Notes: generated from the letters alone by a model not told the origin. A stretch of 64,000 bases of DNA from the human T2T-CHM13v2.0 reference genome, Homo sapiens (GCF_009914755.1 NC_060940.1), one strand, 5' to 3'. Shown: positions 34,690 through 51,086, numbered from the stretch's first letter. Program-made: numbers and translations.

Positions 34690-34829
34690 CAGGTGAGTGC
34701 ACAAGAAGGAAGGTGGTTGTTACCATCTGGCTTAATATTTTCCTTTTTGCACCTGCCTCAGGTAAAGTGCACAGGTAAGAAGGTGGTTGGTACCTGTCTG
34801 GCTTGTTACTTTCCTTTTTGCACCTGCGT
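34690..34829 (+). repeat. Diverged two-copy ~69-bp tandem duplication
   Basis: caggt..gtgcaca...gaaggtggttg.tacc..tctggctt...ttcctttttgcacctgc repeated at 34690 and 34759. Confidence 0.9.
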
Positions 34830-34889
34830 CCATAGACTTACCATTATGAAAAAAGAAGGAAGAAGCTTTACTATTGATAGAACCCTCTT

Positions 34890-35575
<686 letters not shown>

Positions 35576-36217
35576 CCTCAGCTACTAAACTACTGGATGA
35601 ATACACTAGTTGGCATAAGTTGGTTTATTGGGGGTTAGAAACTTAAGATACTGGCTTGCATAGGTTGTTTATTGGGGGGTTAGGTAATTAAGAATCACCA
35701 TAAGGAATATTGTTTTGAAAATGACATCTATTCAGTTTATATTTAGGGGAGCTTCACTGTTTAGAGCAGTGGACTTCTAAGTAGAGACATTCTTTAGGAT
35801 GTGGGGAGAAAAATTAGACTTTTCTTTCTCTTTATTTGTTATTTCATCCTTAAAAAAATCCGCTCCCGTGCATGTTTTATAATTATCCAATATATAAACA
35901 CAGTTGGACATGCATCTATTTTGTATATAAGTGTATGTATGTACTGGGGTGCATAGTCAAAATCTTATTAACAGTGTGCAAGTAAGGACATCTGGAGACT
36001 ATGGCTTTAGGTTCTCATGAAAGGCAGGCATTTTAAGGGGAGCCTCATGTAGTTTCTCAGAGGATAAAGTGATTGTTTCTGAAAGAAGAGAAGGGGCTGA
36101 GCAGACAGCGATCAGTGCTTATTTCCATCTGGCCCATAGACCAGAGCAGTAGAGGTCAGACATCCATCCAAAGGGCAGAGGTCAAATAGGAGTGGATTTC
36201 CTGGAACTTTATTACAA

Positions 36218-36220
<3 letters not shown>

Positions 36221-36260
<40 letters not shown>
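36221..36260 (+). repeat. (TC)20 microsatellite
   Basis: Uninterrupted TC run. Confidence 0.98.
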
Positions 36261-36263
<3 letters not shown>

Positions 36264-36984
36264 CCTCCAGTTCAGGCCCCTCCCTGGGAAGATGTTTGTG
36301 CCCAGGTGACACCAAGACAAAACTTGGCAGGACAAGCTCATAGCCCTTTAGCCCTTTCCTGGAACACAGGAGAAAGAACTCTGTGGACAGACCCTGTAGT
36401 TTCATCTTTCCTTGATTCACTGATGTCTCTAGTCCCTATCATCCAGTTTTTCGCCTTTTCTCCTTTCTAACTGAGTGGTACTGAAAGGTTTGACAAACAT
36501 CAGTGTGATGAATGTACTCAGGAGAGTCAGAGAAGGTGGTGAATTCTGGCCCCTGATTTATGTCTCATGAAAGCTGAGGGTAGAGGTGCAGTGATCAGAA
36601 CAGCCTAGTAATTCAAAGCCGTGTGATCATTCAGCTGGGTGTGTGATCTTTGGCTACCAGGTCAGTCCCCATTCCCAAGGACACTTTGTCTTCCAGTGGG
36701 TCCTTCAGCATCCTCAGGGTAGGGTACTGAGTTAATACAGAGGCCCCTGGCTGTTAGAGCCATAGAATACTTTCCTGGGCCAAAGGCATGTCCCATAGGA
36801 GTCAAGCAAAGCCCAGGACAAACTTGAATCATGGCACAGTGTTGACCTGTGCCGTCTAAGGTGGGTGGTATGTAGTATGAACCAAATATATGCTGACTGT
36901 GTACCTAAGTGATTTTGGTTTTGTTGCTTTCAGATGTTCTAGTTCTAGATAACTAAATTACCTAGTTCCTTGTACCCTTCAGCC

Positions 36985-37680
36985 CCATTCATTCATTTGA
37001 CATTCAGCAAATCATTTCTAAGGGCCAAGTATTATGCTACAGGCTGGAGATATAGCATTGAACAAAGTGGACAAGGTCCCTGCCCTCTTGAAGCTCACAT
37101 TCTTGGAGTCAAGGTAATAATCAGATAAGCAAATAAATAAAGGACTTCAGATATTGATGAGTTATGAGCAAAATAAAATATAATGGGCTAGAAATTGGCT
37201 ACAGAAGTGGTTATAGAGATTTTTTTTAATTAAAAAAAATTTTTTTGAGACAAGGTCTCACTCTGTAGCTTAGGCTGGAGTACAGTGGCACAATCACAGC
37301 TTACTGCATCCTTGACCTCTCAGGGTCAAGCAGTCCTCCCACCTCGGCCTCCAAGTAGCTGGGACTATAGGTGTGTGCTACTACACAAGGCTAATTTAAT
37401 TTTTTTTTTTTTTGTAGAGATAGGGGTCTCACTATATTACCCAGGTTGCTTTCAAACTCCTGGCCTCAAGTGATCCTCCTTCCTCAGCCTCCCAAAGTGT
37501 TGGGATTACAGGTGTGAGCCACTGCCCTCGGTCCTAGTTTTCCTTTTTAAGGGATCACTCTGGCTGAATATTTGGGGAATAAAGGGCAAGAGTGAAGGCA
37601 GAAAGACCAATAATGAAGCTGTGGCATTAGCCCAAGTGAGAGGAGGCAGCAAACTGGACCAGGGAGATGAAGATCTTGGC
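36985..37680. mobile_element. L2 fragments with AluJ (37220-37533, - strand)
   Basis: cattcattcattt...ggtccctgccctcttgaagctcacattct; ttttaagggatcactctggctg. Confidence 0.8.
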
Positions 37681-38111
37681 AGAATTCTCACAGCTAGTAT
37701 GTGACCCAGGGCTCAAATCAATGGTGATAGAGTAGACAGACTGTTAGCTGAAGGAACAAGCTTCTGCTGAGACCCTGAGTGACTTGGATCTAGACAAAGA
37801 GACCGCAAAGCATGACTTGGACACTATAATAAGAATTGATCTTAAGACTGTTCTTCAGTGCTGGAGGCTCCTAATCAATTTCCTGATTAGCACCACAACT
37901 GGACACAAAATGGACATGGTCTGAACCATTTAAATGAGACAAGAAAGCCTTGCCAGGTGAGAGTGGAGATGTGATACAGCAGGCGTCTGGTTGACCCTGA
38001 TGGTAAATCTCCCTTGGATCTCAACAAAACTCCAGACAGAACCCAAGCACCCAAGCTATGTTAGTCTTGAAGCACCTCAAGACATGGCTGTCTTGAGATA
38101 GTCTGATTTAT

Positions 38112-38422
38112 TCTCTCTCTCTTTTTTTTTTCTTTTACACTGGTTCTCACTGTTACCCAGGCTGGAGTGCTGTGGCACAATCAGAGCTTACTGCAGCCTT
38201 GACTTCCTGGGCTCAAGCGGTTCTCCTACCTCAGCCTCCACAGTAGCTGGGACTACAGACACCTACCACTACATCCAGCTATTTGTTTTAAATTTATTAT
38301 TTGCAGAGATGAGGTCTTGCTATGTTACCCAGGCTGGTCTCAAACTCCTGGGCTCAAGTGATCCTCCCGCACTGGCCTCCCAAAGTGCTGGGATTACAGG
38401 TGTGAGCCACCGTGGATGGCCT
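38112..38422 (-). mobile_element. Alu (AluJ-like)
   Basis: Full reverse Alu. Confidence 0.92.
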
Positions 38423-38667
38423 CATTTTCTTTCTTACTATCTCCTTTTTCCCTCTGCAAGGGGATTGAGTGCACATGCTGCTCTCCTTGTTCACTGTTTG
38501 AACATGCAAATCTTGGTTCTATTTCAGGAATCTCACTGGTGCACACTACATACATGTGCTCCCTTAACTTCCACCCTCTCTTCCATCTCTTACCCAGCTC
38601 TTCTCCTTTAGGCAAATCTTTCTCTTCCTTTCCTTTTGTTCTGTTTCACATAAAAGCCTCAGATGTC

Positions 38668-38964
<297 letters not shown>

Positions 38965-39449
38965 AGCCTCAGATGTCATAACAAGGCCTGCCAAGTGGTA
39001 GAACAGTTTGGGTGATGTATCTGAATTAAGGTGAAGGAACAACTCTAGTTTCGATCTGGCACACCAATGTCACAGAGAACCATCATGTTAACCCCAAAAG
39101 CCATTGAAAGAATCCAGGGTTGCACTCAGAATCCACATGAATGACTCCCTGGGCCTCCCTGTTGTCTTGTTAATTAAACCTGCTTTTTATCCTCCTCAAT
39201 CGTGCAGATACAAATCCTACTGTGTGAAGGGCATCTGTTTCCAACTTAAGAATGTCTTTTGTTTATTTTATACTTTAGTTGCCAGAACTCATCAGGATTG
39301 CTTTTTACCCCTGAAAAAAATTACAAAAATATGGAGGACTTCAGTTGCTTTAGTGCCAAGCTATTGAGAATGACTCTGGGAATTCCATCACCAGATATTC
39401 CTACAGGAAGCACTTTGTTTAATTCAAGAGATATTTATGGAGCACTTAG

Positions 39450-39959
39450 TGAGACACGGTAGAGATGGGGCTTGGTTTCAGCTCACCCCCACTGCAGCAT
39501 TCTTTCATGCATTCCCGCCCATCACAAAACCCCACCACGACCTCACTACTAAAAATTCCAGGAACTGGCTCTAGGAGAAAACTAAGGTTGTGGAGTGTCC
39601 CACCTGGGGAAGGAATGCTGAACAATTTGTTTGCAGCCGTGTTGCTGCAGTCTGGACCACCAGGTGGCCCATGACTCAGGATAACCATTGCAAGGAGATC
39701 TGCTGACCTGCATACCCTACCTTCACGTGCTTTGCCCAGCCCAGCCTCCATACTCTACCCCGATGTCAATTCCTGTGCTTTGATTAGTAAAAAAGCCCTA
39801 CCTGCTCTTTTCAGGGCATCAGTTCAGGGAATTCTCTCTCTTATGCTGCCTCCCTTATGCCCAAGCATAAGTTCCAATGAAGCCTTGTTTGGGAAAACTC
39901 TTTTGGAACCATGTCGATTTCTATTGCATTGAGAGCCCAGGAACCTGTGGTTGCTAACA
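39450..39959 (+). mobile_element. 5' LTR
   Basis: tgagacac...ctaaca (TG...CA); colinear with 50515-50952. Confidence 0.92.
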
Positions 39960-39966
39960 TATTCTT

Positions 39967-39984
39967 TGGGGGCTTGTCTGGGAT
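39967..39984 (+). other. Primer binding site, tRNA-Pro
   Basis: tgggggcttgtctgggat matches TGGGGGCTCGTCCGGGAT apart from two CpG-decay changes. Confidence 0.92.
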
Positions 39985-40276
39985 TACAGGACATGGGGAG
40001 TCTTTCTCTCTCTGAGGGGGAGACTTGCAAGCTGATGGGACTGCTGGACAAGATCCCTTTGCGGCTGGCAAACGGCCACCTGAACTTTTGATTCAGTGTC
40101 ATTGCGATGGGTGAGTCTTTCTCAAGCCTCCCGAACTTCCTCGCCTCCCCACAGCTAGCAATGGTTTTCTCCCTCCCCTTCTTTCTCTTTCTCTCCTTTC
40201 CCTTTCCTGTCTTTTCTGTCACTCAGGGTGCTTTACTTCTTGTCTCCTACTTCTTACTGTTTTGGGTAGCCTAAAG

Positions 40277-41077
<801 letters not shown>

Positions 41078-41394
41078 GCCTAAAGAGATATCCTTGAGAA
41101 ACCTTGAAATGGCTTCCCTGTTTTACTTATAGACATCCCTGAGGGATGGATGGAAACAGGTGATATCTGGGTCTGATCAACCCAGCAGGCAGTGAGATGG
41201 GCTGCATCCCTCCCCTGGCCTAAGTTGGTTTGGGGTTGAGTCCCAAGAAAATCCCTCTCTCTCTTGTCACTCTCCCTACCTGGCACCTTGGCCCTTGATC
41301 CTGTAACTCTATTCAAAACCCCTCATTACTTCACTTTCCTTTGTCACCTCTGATGGAGAAGAGAGGCCTGTCATCTTTCTGGGCATCTGTCTCA

Positions 41395-41836
<442 letters not shown>

Positions 41837-42919
41837 TCAGAGATCAAATGGTTCACCTGTACCTATAGAGTTCAGTAGAGTAATTTGAAAGGCTCTTGCC
41901 TGTGGTTCCATGAAATGGAAATAGATGATTTTCTTTTGTAATGTGACTTGGCCCCCCATAGCTATGGTGCAGTGAGCAAGCTCAGCAAAAGCAGCTCTGC
42001 TCTTCCGGAAGCTGCAGAGAAATGGAATCTAAAAGCCTGGCATGACAGCAAGAGAGTAAGAATTTCTTACCCTCCAGGTTCCTGGCTTCTCTCTCTCTGT
42101 GCAAACCGGTTGAGTGAATGGTAAAAATCACTGTTTGTTTTCTCTGCAAGATTTTGATTAATGGGAAAAAGGATTTGTCTGTGTTGTTCTGTTGTGGAGA
42201 GGGGCACCCCAAGACAGAACCTGGGGATAGAACTCGTGTATGCTCGCTGTTCGAGACAGCCCAGCAGACTGGTCAGTTACAAACTTTGCTGCGGGTCCCT
42301 GAAATAAAAACTGGATGAGGTTTCCCCTCATTTTGTTTTATGTCCTTGAGAGCTTGAGTTTGTGACCATGTAGGTCACTTTCTTCTGGTCTTTGCTACCT
42401 GGAGGGTGAGAATTTCGAGTTTATGTCAGGCATTTGGTCTGAAAGGAACATCACAATGTCACAACTAGTCTTAAGAATTCTCTTGAGCAGTTAAAAATCT
42501 TTTGCAAGTTCAACAATGACTGCTTTAGATACCTTCTGGGAAAAACAGTGGTGACTGCCTCATGCTATAGTTCAGTAGATAAGGGTCTGCCGTTTGATGA
42601 AGGTGGCTAGGGTTCCATTCCTGGCTTAGGGAATTTCTTTCTGGTTTGATAACATGTGGGACTTTTGCCATTTATTAATTCTTTTCCCCTCCATGGACAG
42701 CTTCTGATTTCCTGTCTTGACTTTTTTTTTTTTTTTTTCTCTGAGCTATCTCTGGGGCGATTCTAGATCTTCTAAAAACTGCTTGCCATCTCTTTGGAAA
42801 CACTTTGCGCATCCATGATTAAGTCATAATCTTAGTTAAGGCTTATTGTGTCATTTGGAAAATACCTCTGGAGAGAAAAAGCTTAAAAGCCAGAGGTGTT
42901 GGCTGTTTGTCCTGGCTAA

Positions 42920-43260
<341 letters not shown>

Positions 43261-44114
43261 ATACTTTTCTTTTTTAAAAAGAGCTGTATGGTTAAAAGCC
43301 AGATTAATTTTAAAAGTCTTTTATGCTTTTCTTCTTCTTGGATCTTGTTTTTTGAAAATTTTTTTTTCTTCTTAGTTGACTAAATTGTTCCTCCATTTAC
43401 TTCTGTCTGTTTCCTTGCCACCCACAATGCCCACAAGAGAGGACCTAAGGTCATTTCTAACAGCCTAGGACTCCTTGGAAAAACGGAGGCATCACAGACC
43501 CTGTTTTGGGAGAAACCTCTGTTTTCCTCATAGAACCCCAAGAATTGTAAGCAGACAGATTCCTCTCACAATCTAATGCTTTGCTTTGTTTTGTGTTATA
43601 TTACCTAAACATTTTGACTTTTGGGGGCATCACATAATACTTTACATTATGAGAAAACTTTTAGCCTTGATGTGTAAGAGCTAGATGAGAAATACACTTT
43701 TAGGGATGGCTAATGATAGTTGCTTACAGTGAATGTTTATTACTACAGGGCGATACTCCTTTCTTTGAACATTTAGATAAGAAAAGTGTGCTCTTGGGTA
43801 CATAGAAGGTATGGAATTGGGGGGACGGGCTGATTACCGAATGGGCTGATTGGTACTGGGCTGCCCACCAGCATTGGAGAAATGTCTTTGCAGTGAGATG
43901 CTCTGTGGAAGCATTGCGCTGTCCTGTCTTGTAATGTTTCCCTCTTTTTGGGGACCCAGGATTCGGGATAAAAATGGGATCCTTAATCCCTGGGAATCTG
44001 TTTTGCCATCCAGCTGTGCCTGCCTATTAGGCCTTAGAAACAGACTTTTCTGGCCTTGTTCCTTAAAAGGCTCCACCCCAAAGCCAATAATCCAATTTAA
44101 AAATTTACATCTTT

Positions 44115-44770
<656 letters not shown>

Positions 44771-45325
44771 GTTTCGTGGCCATCTTAATTGAACTTTTGC
44801 TCACACCATTTGCCCTTGGTTTGAGTAACATATCAGTCTTCTATCTTGTTTCACCTAAGTTGTTCCTTTACAAATACAAATTTAGAGTTGCCTAGCTGAC
44901 AATTATTTAGGGAGGAAACAGGTAATCAAAAGACTCATGGTCTAAAATGGTCAAGAGAGACAGAAACTGGCAAATAAAAAATTTATTACTGTACCAGAGC
45001 AGCTTCTGTCTGTGTATTTATATGTGTTGTGTGTGATGTTTATAAAAAAGAGCTCTAATTAATTGGCTTAAAGAAAAATAAGTGCTTAAATAATATACTT
45101 TGTCAAAAAATGAAAACTTTAATGCCTTTTAGTTCACGTGACTTTAGTAATCTTTGGTACTACTAATAATGTTTTAGAGATGAATAAAATAAAAACAACT
45201 TCAAAATTTAAGCATTTGGTCTACATTAGACAGCTCAGATACTGTCTTTACTAGATAGCTTCGAAGTCATAAACTGCTTTTATGACTTTTGATAATTATT
45301 TGACTTGCTGGCTTTAGAGCTATTA

Positions 45326-45360
45326 TTAGGTTGTTGTGAAAGTAATTGCAGTTTTTATTA
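45326..45360. mobile_element. Half Made1 (Hsmar1 mariner MITE)
   Basis: ta|ttaggttgttgtgaaagtaattgcagttttt resembles the Made1 TIR. Confidence 0.7.
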
Positions 45361-45377
45361 TTAACAATAATAGATTC

Positions 45378-45729
<352 letters not shown>

Positions 45730-45904
45730 CTAGCTATGCTAGAAAGAGTTAAGACATTATCTGCAGTTCTGTCCTATGTCCTAGACTCTGCACCTGATAC
45801 ATAATTATACTTGCTTATGCTAAAAATAAAAATTATATGTTTTTGGTAAAAAGGCATGGGAATGTGGATTTTAAGAAAAAGTAATTTGTCTAATTTAAAG
45901 GGTT

Positions 45905-47498
45905 TGTAAAAGGAAAATAAATCTTGGAAATCTTGGGGCCCCAAAATCACTACGCTAAAGGGAAAAGTCAAGCTGGGAACTGCTTAAGGCAAACCTGCTT
46001 TCCATTCTATCCAAAGTCATTCCTCTGCTCACTGAGATAAATGCGCATCTGTTTGCCTCCCTTGGAAAGGCTAATCAGAAACTCAAAAGATACCATTCAG
46101 GACATAGGCATGGGCAAAGGCTTCATGACTAAAACACCAAAAGCAATGGCAACAGAAGCCAAAATTGACAAATGGGACCTAATTTAATTAAAGAGCTTCT
46201 GCACAGCAAAAGAAACTACCATCAGAGTGAACAGGCAACCAACCGACAGAATGGGAGAAAATTTTCACCATCTATCCATCTGACAAAGGGCTAATATCCA
46301 GAATCTACAAAGAACTTAAACAAATTTACAAGAAAAAAACAAACAACCCCATCAAAAAGTGGGCAAAGGATATGAACAGACATTTTGCAAAAGAAGATAT
46401 TTATGCAGCCAACAAACATATGAAAAAAGCTCATCATCACTGGTCGTTAGAGAAATGCAAATCAAAACCACAATGAGATACCATCTCACACCAGTTAGAA
46501 TGGCAATCATTAAAAAGTCAGGAAACAACAGGTGCTGGAGAGGATGTGGAGAAATAGGAATGCTTTTACACTGTTGGTGGGAATGTAAATTAGTTCAACC
46601 ATTGTGGAAGACAGTGTGGCAATTCCTCAAGGATCTAGAACCAGAAATACCATTTGACCCAGCAATCCCATTACTATGTATATACCTAAAGGATTATAAA
46701 TCATGCTGCTATAAAGACACATGCACACGTATGTTTATTGCAGCACTGTTCACAATAGCAAAGACTTGGAACCAACCCAAATGCCCATCAATGACAGGCT
46801 GCATAAAGAAAAAGTGGCACATATACACCATGGAATACTATGCAGCCATAAAAAAGGATGAGTTCATGTCCTTTGCAGGGACATGGATGAAGCTGGAAAC
46901 CATCATTCTCAGCAAACTAACACAAGAACAGAAAACCAAACATCGCATGTTCTCACTCGTAAGTGGGAGTTGAAAAATGAGAACACATGGACAGAGGGAG
47001 GGGAACATCACACACTGGGGCCTGTCAGGGGGTGGGGGACTAGGGGAGGGATAGCATTAGCAGAAATAACTAATGTAGATGATGGGTTGATGGGTGCAGC
47101 AAACCACCATGGCACGTGTATACCTATGTAATAAACCTGTATGTTCTGCACAGGTATCTCAGAAGTTAAAGTATAATAATAAAACAAATAATAATTTAAA
47201 AAAGCAGAAGAAAAAAAAGAATGCAACCCATTTGTCTCTCACCTACCTGTGACCTGGAAGCCCCCTCCCTGCTTGAGTTATCCCATTTTTCCAGAGGGAA
47301 CCAACGTATAGTACATCTTACATGTATTGATTGATGCCTCATATCTCCCTAAAAGTAAAAAACCAAGCTGTGCCTTGACCACCTTGGGCACATGTTATCA
47401 AGACCTCCTGAGGCTGTATCTCGGGCGTCTGTCCTCAACCTTGGCTAAATAAACTTTCTAAATTAACTGAGACCTGTCTGAGATTTTCAGGGTTTGCA
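45905..47498 (+). mobile_element. MER4A/B-like solo LTR nested in the provirus, split by L1
   Basis: tgtaaaaggaaaata...gggtttgca; 4-bp TSD ggtt at 45901-45904 and 47499-47502. Confidence 0.9.
46091..47214 (+). mobile_element. 5'-truncated L1PA (PA7/8-like); ORF2 C-terminal remnant
   Basis: ORF 46359-46973 contains the ORF2 Cys-rich end ([28 protein letters not shown]); 3' UTR, A tail, TSD aaaaga. Confidence 0.96.
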
Positions 47499-49017
47499 GG
47501 TTTAAAGCTTGTCTTAGGTTAAAAGAAAGGTAGAATAAAACTGATGGTTTAAGCAAGTTGAAGAAGGTTTGTGACAAATTAATATTATTAAGAAAATTCT
47601 GTGTGTGAGCAAGTTGGCTAAAATTAAGATTATTATTTAGTTTTCCCATAAATTACACATTAAAATAAAATCATATTGATGCAGGGCCAGAATTTGGGCC
47701 CATGTGTCAGAACAACAGGGTTTTCTTGGAGTATTGATCTGTTCTTTAACAAAAAATTATAAAGGGTTATAAAAGGTTTATAAAATTCTTACCTTATGGT
47801 CAAATGGGTTACAATTCGATAGATTTCCTTATAAAATTTTATTAAAATGAACTTTAGCATTAATACACTAATGCAGAGGTAGCATATGGTTTTCCCTTTT
47901 AAGCAAGATTTTCATTTGCCTGCAGGAAAAAGGGAGAGAGAAGAGACAGATTCAGCTGGCTTCATGCTGTCTTTTTTGGTTTTTGTTGTTTGGAAAGCTG
48001 TCTCCTCTCTATAAAAGACTAATGGAGTTTTGCTTTTTTGAAATATTTGAGTTAATCACTTTGACTAAAATAAACTGTGGTTCTATTTTGTGATGAAAAG
48101 TGTTTTAAACCTTTGATATTTGATTAACTTTTCAAAATCATACTCTAATCTTTTTTTGACTTGATTGACCTTTTTAGATATTAGGTTCCCTGAAGTCCAA
48201 AAGAGACGTATCTAGCTTATTTGGTACATAAAAACTGCAGGAAACATTGTCAAATATAAAACGGTGTTTAACTTTCTTTGGGTTATATTTATATGTTATT
48301 TGTATGTATCACAAAATTATATAAAATTCCTATAATTCTAATATATCTCAGTATTATGTTGTTAATAATTATGATTATTATGTTAAATGACTGTGTGCCA
48401 CAGAGATGACCAGATTTCCTTGTCAATTGCATCTTTAACTGTGGCTGCCCTAAGACTTTTGTCCTCTACAGACAATCGTCTTGTTTTGATCTCATTCAAA
48501 AGACAGTTTATAATCAGCTAGAAGACTCTGACAGGTACTCTTGAATTCAGGTCTCTGATAACTTTGAGGATTGAGTCATTAGAATAGAGGGAAAAATTTC
48601 CAAGACTCTCTTGGGGAGGTAATGTGTTCATAAATATTGAGCAGACCAGAAGTTAATTGCACGGACCAAACTAATAAAAGATTTTGCTTGAAATGTTGCT
48701 GGTCCTTTTTGTTTTGTTTTTCAGAGTCAAGAACACTTTTTTTTCTTTTGAGCTACTTTATAAGTTTTAACAATTGAGTAAAGTACGCTCCTGTGAACAA
48801 ATTTTCTCTGCCTGATTTCTCTATTTTCAAATAGAATTTGAAAACTATTTGTGAGTATTCTTAACTTATGGCAACATAGTTATTTGCGTAAGTGCAATAA
48901 GAATCTGTTTTCTTTTATAATAGGACACACTTGGAGACAGTGGTTATTTTACCCAGGCTTTCACTGAAATGACATGCTTTCACATATAAGCAGACTGCTT
49001 TAGGGAATCAAAGTTGA

Positions 49018-49486
<469 letters not shown>

Positions 49487-50199
49487 TAAGTATTTGCAGG
49501 CACAGATAAATATGTGACTGGGCTCGAGGCTTTAAAAAGTGTCAAATCTGATATTCCTTATGGAAAAAGTTCTAGGAAAGCCAATTTAGAAGACGGTCTG
49601 TATGGGAAATAATTATTTTTGTTGTACCTTATGCAAATAATCAGGCCAAGTATAATAAGATCAAAACTTGTTTTGCAAATTGGTCCTGCTGTGATTTGCC
49701 ACTGATAAAAATGAAAGACTGGATAGAGAAAGCTTATAATATACCTGCTGTTAGATTCTGTTCTTGTTCATTGTTTTTGTTCATTGTTTTTGAGTTGAAA
49801 AATTATTTGCTGCTATTTGGATTGAATCTTAAGTCCTTTCTGGGCTACAAGTCTCCAAACTAATGTTTTCAAATTTTTCTTCCATTTTCCTAACTTAACA
49901 GGATTTCTACTGTCTTTTTCCTGATTCCCTGCAAGCTAAAGCTTATTCTTTATGATACAGGTGAGAACATGTCAGATTGCCACTGCCTTTCTCTGTAACT
50001 AAAGATGCTTTGAATCTAACATCTGGATAGATTATGCCCACCATTAATGCTTGTTTTTCTTCTGTTTCCATAGAAATGCCTCTATTAAAAGTCTGTTTGC
50101 TTTATATTTCAGACAACAGGAGACTGGTTTTCCAGCCTACCAACTTAAATTTCAAATGGTGTTCAATCCCTTCTTATAAGCATTGTTAAACTGAGCTTA

Positions 50200-50360
50200 A
50201 GCATTTTATTAATTATTACTGTGTGCTATTTGATTTTTAAAATAATTATCTGTTACATTCAACGGCGGTGCAGATGGTTAAAGTTTGTCTTCCAGGCTTC
50301 AACAGTTCATGTCAAACTGATAGTGGTGCAAGGATTCCAACCCCTACCATCCCAGGAGGA
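50200..50360 (+). pseudogene. Frameshifted retroviral env TM/cytoplasmic-tail remnant
   Basis: Reads LKFV/SRLQQF/HVKLIVVQGFQPLP across frameshifts, at the expected position just upstream of the 3' LTR. Confidence 0.6.
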
Positions 50361-50514
50361 GCCAAGCTCCTATGAAACACTAAATCAAGACGTTTTTATG
50401 ACTTCATAAATTAGGGATAAACAATGACCCTGGCCAGCAGGAAGTAGCTCCAAAAGATGAAACCATTGCCCTTTCTCCTTAAGAAGAGGGAGAATAAATT
50501 CTCTCAGCGGGGAA

Positions 50515-50952
50515 TAAGACACAGTGGAGATGGGGTTGGTTCAGCTCACATGCTCTAGAGCATTCTTTCATGCATTCTCACTGATCACAAACCCACACCA
50601 GTACCTCAATGCTAAAAATTCCAGGAACTGGCTCTAGGAGATAACCAAGGTTGCAGCATTCCCCCTTGGGAAGGAATGCTGAACAATCGATTTATAGACT
50701 TGTTGCTGCTGGCCAGACCACCAGGTGACCACGACTCCAAACAGCCATTGCAACCTGAGATACTGAACTGCATACCCTACTCTTCACATGCCTTGCCCAG
50801 TACAGCCTGCATACCCTCCCCCGATGTCAATTCCCATGTTTTGCCTAATAAAAAAGCCCTACCCACTCTTTTTGGGGAATCGGTTTAAGGAATTCCCTCT
50901 CTCTCTTGCACTGCCTCCCTTATGTCGGAGCATAAGCTCCAATGAAGCCTCA
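50515..50952 (+). mobile_element. 3' LTR, truncated at its 3' end
   Basis: Colinear with the 5' LTR up to ccaatgaagcct, then replaced by an Alu 3' fragment. Confidence 0.9.
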
Positions 50953-50961
50953 TTGGATATC

Positions 50962-51017
50962 CCGTGATCCCACCATTGCACTCCAGCCCGAGTGACAGAT
51001 ACTGTTTCAAAAGAAAA
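50962..51017 (+). mobile_element. Alu 3'-end fragment
   Basis: gtgatcccaccattgcactccagcccgagtgacaga...aaaagaaaa. Confidence 0.75.
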
Positions 51018-51086
51018 TATCTTGATGGCTCTCCCTGGGGGCATAATCAGAGAAACACAGGAGTTCAAGGGACTTGTGTGGGCTTA

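Noticed and set aside
37740-38040. Possible processed pseudogene fragment
   Set aside because: Translation not recognisable; no poly(A) tail or TSD
39967-39984. tRNA-Pro similarity as a tRNA gene
   Set aside because: Only 18 nt complementary to the tRNA 3' end, directly after an LTR, so it is a primer binding site
46359-46973. 204-aa ORF as a host gene
   Set aside because: It is the C-terminal fragment of L1 ORF2 in a 5'-truncated copy with no promoter, endonuclease or RT domain
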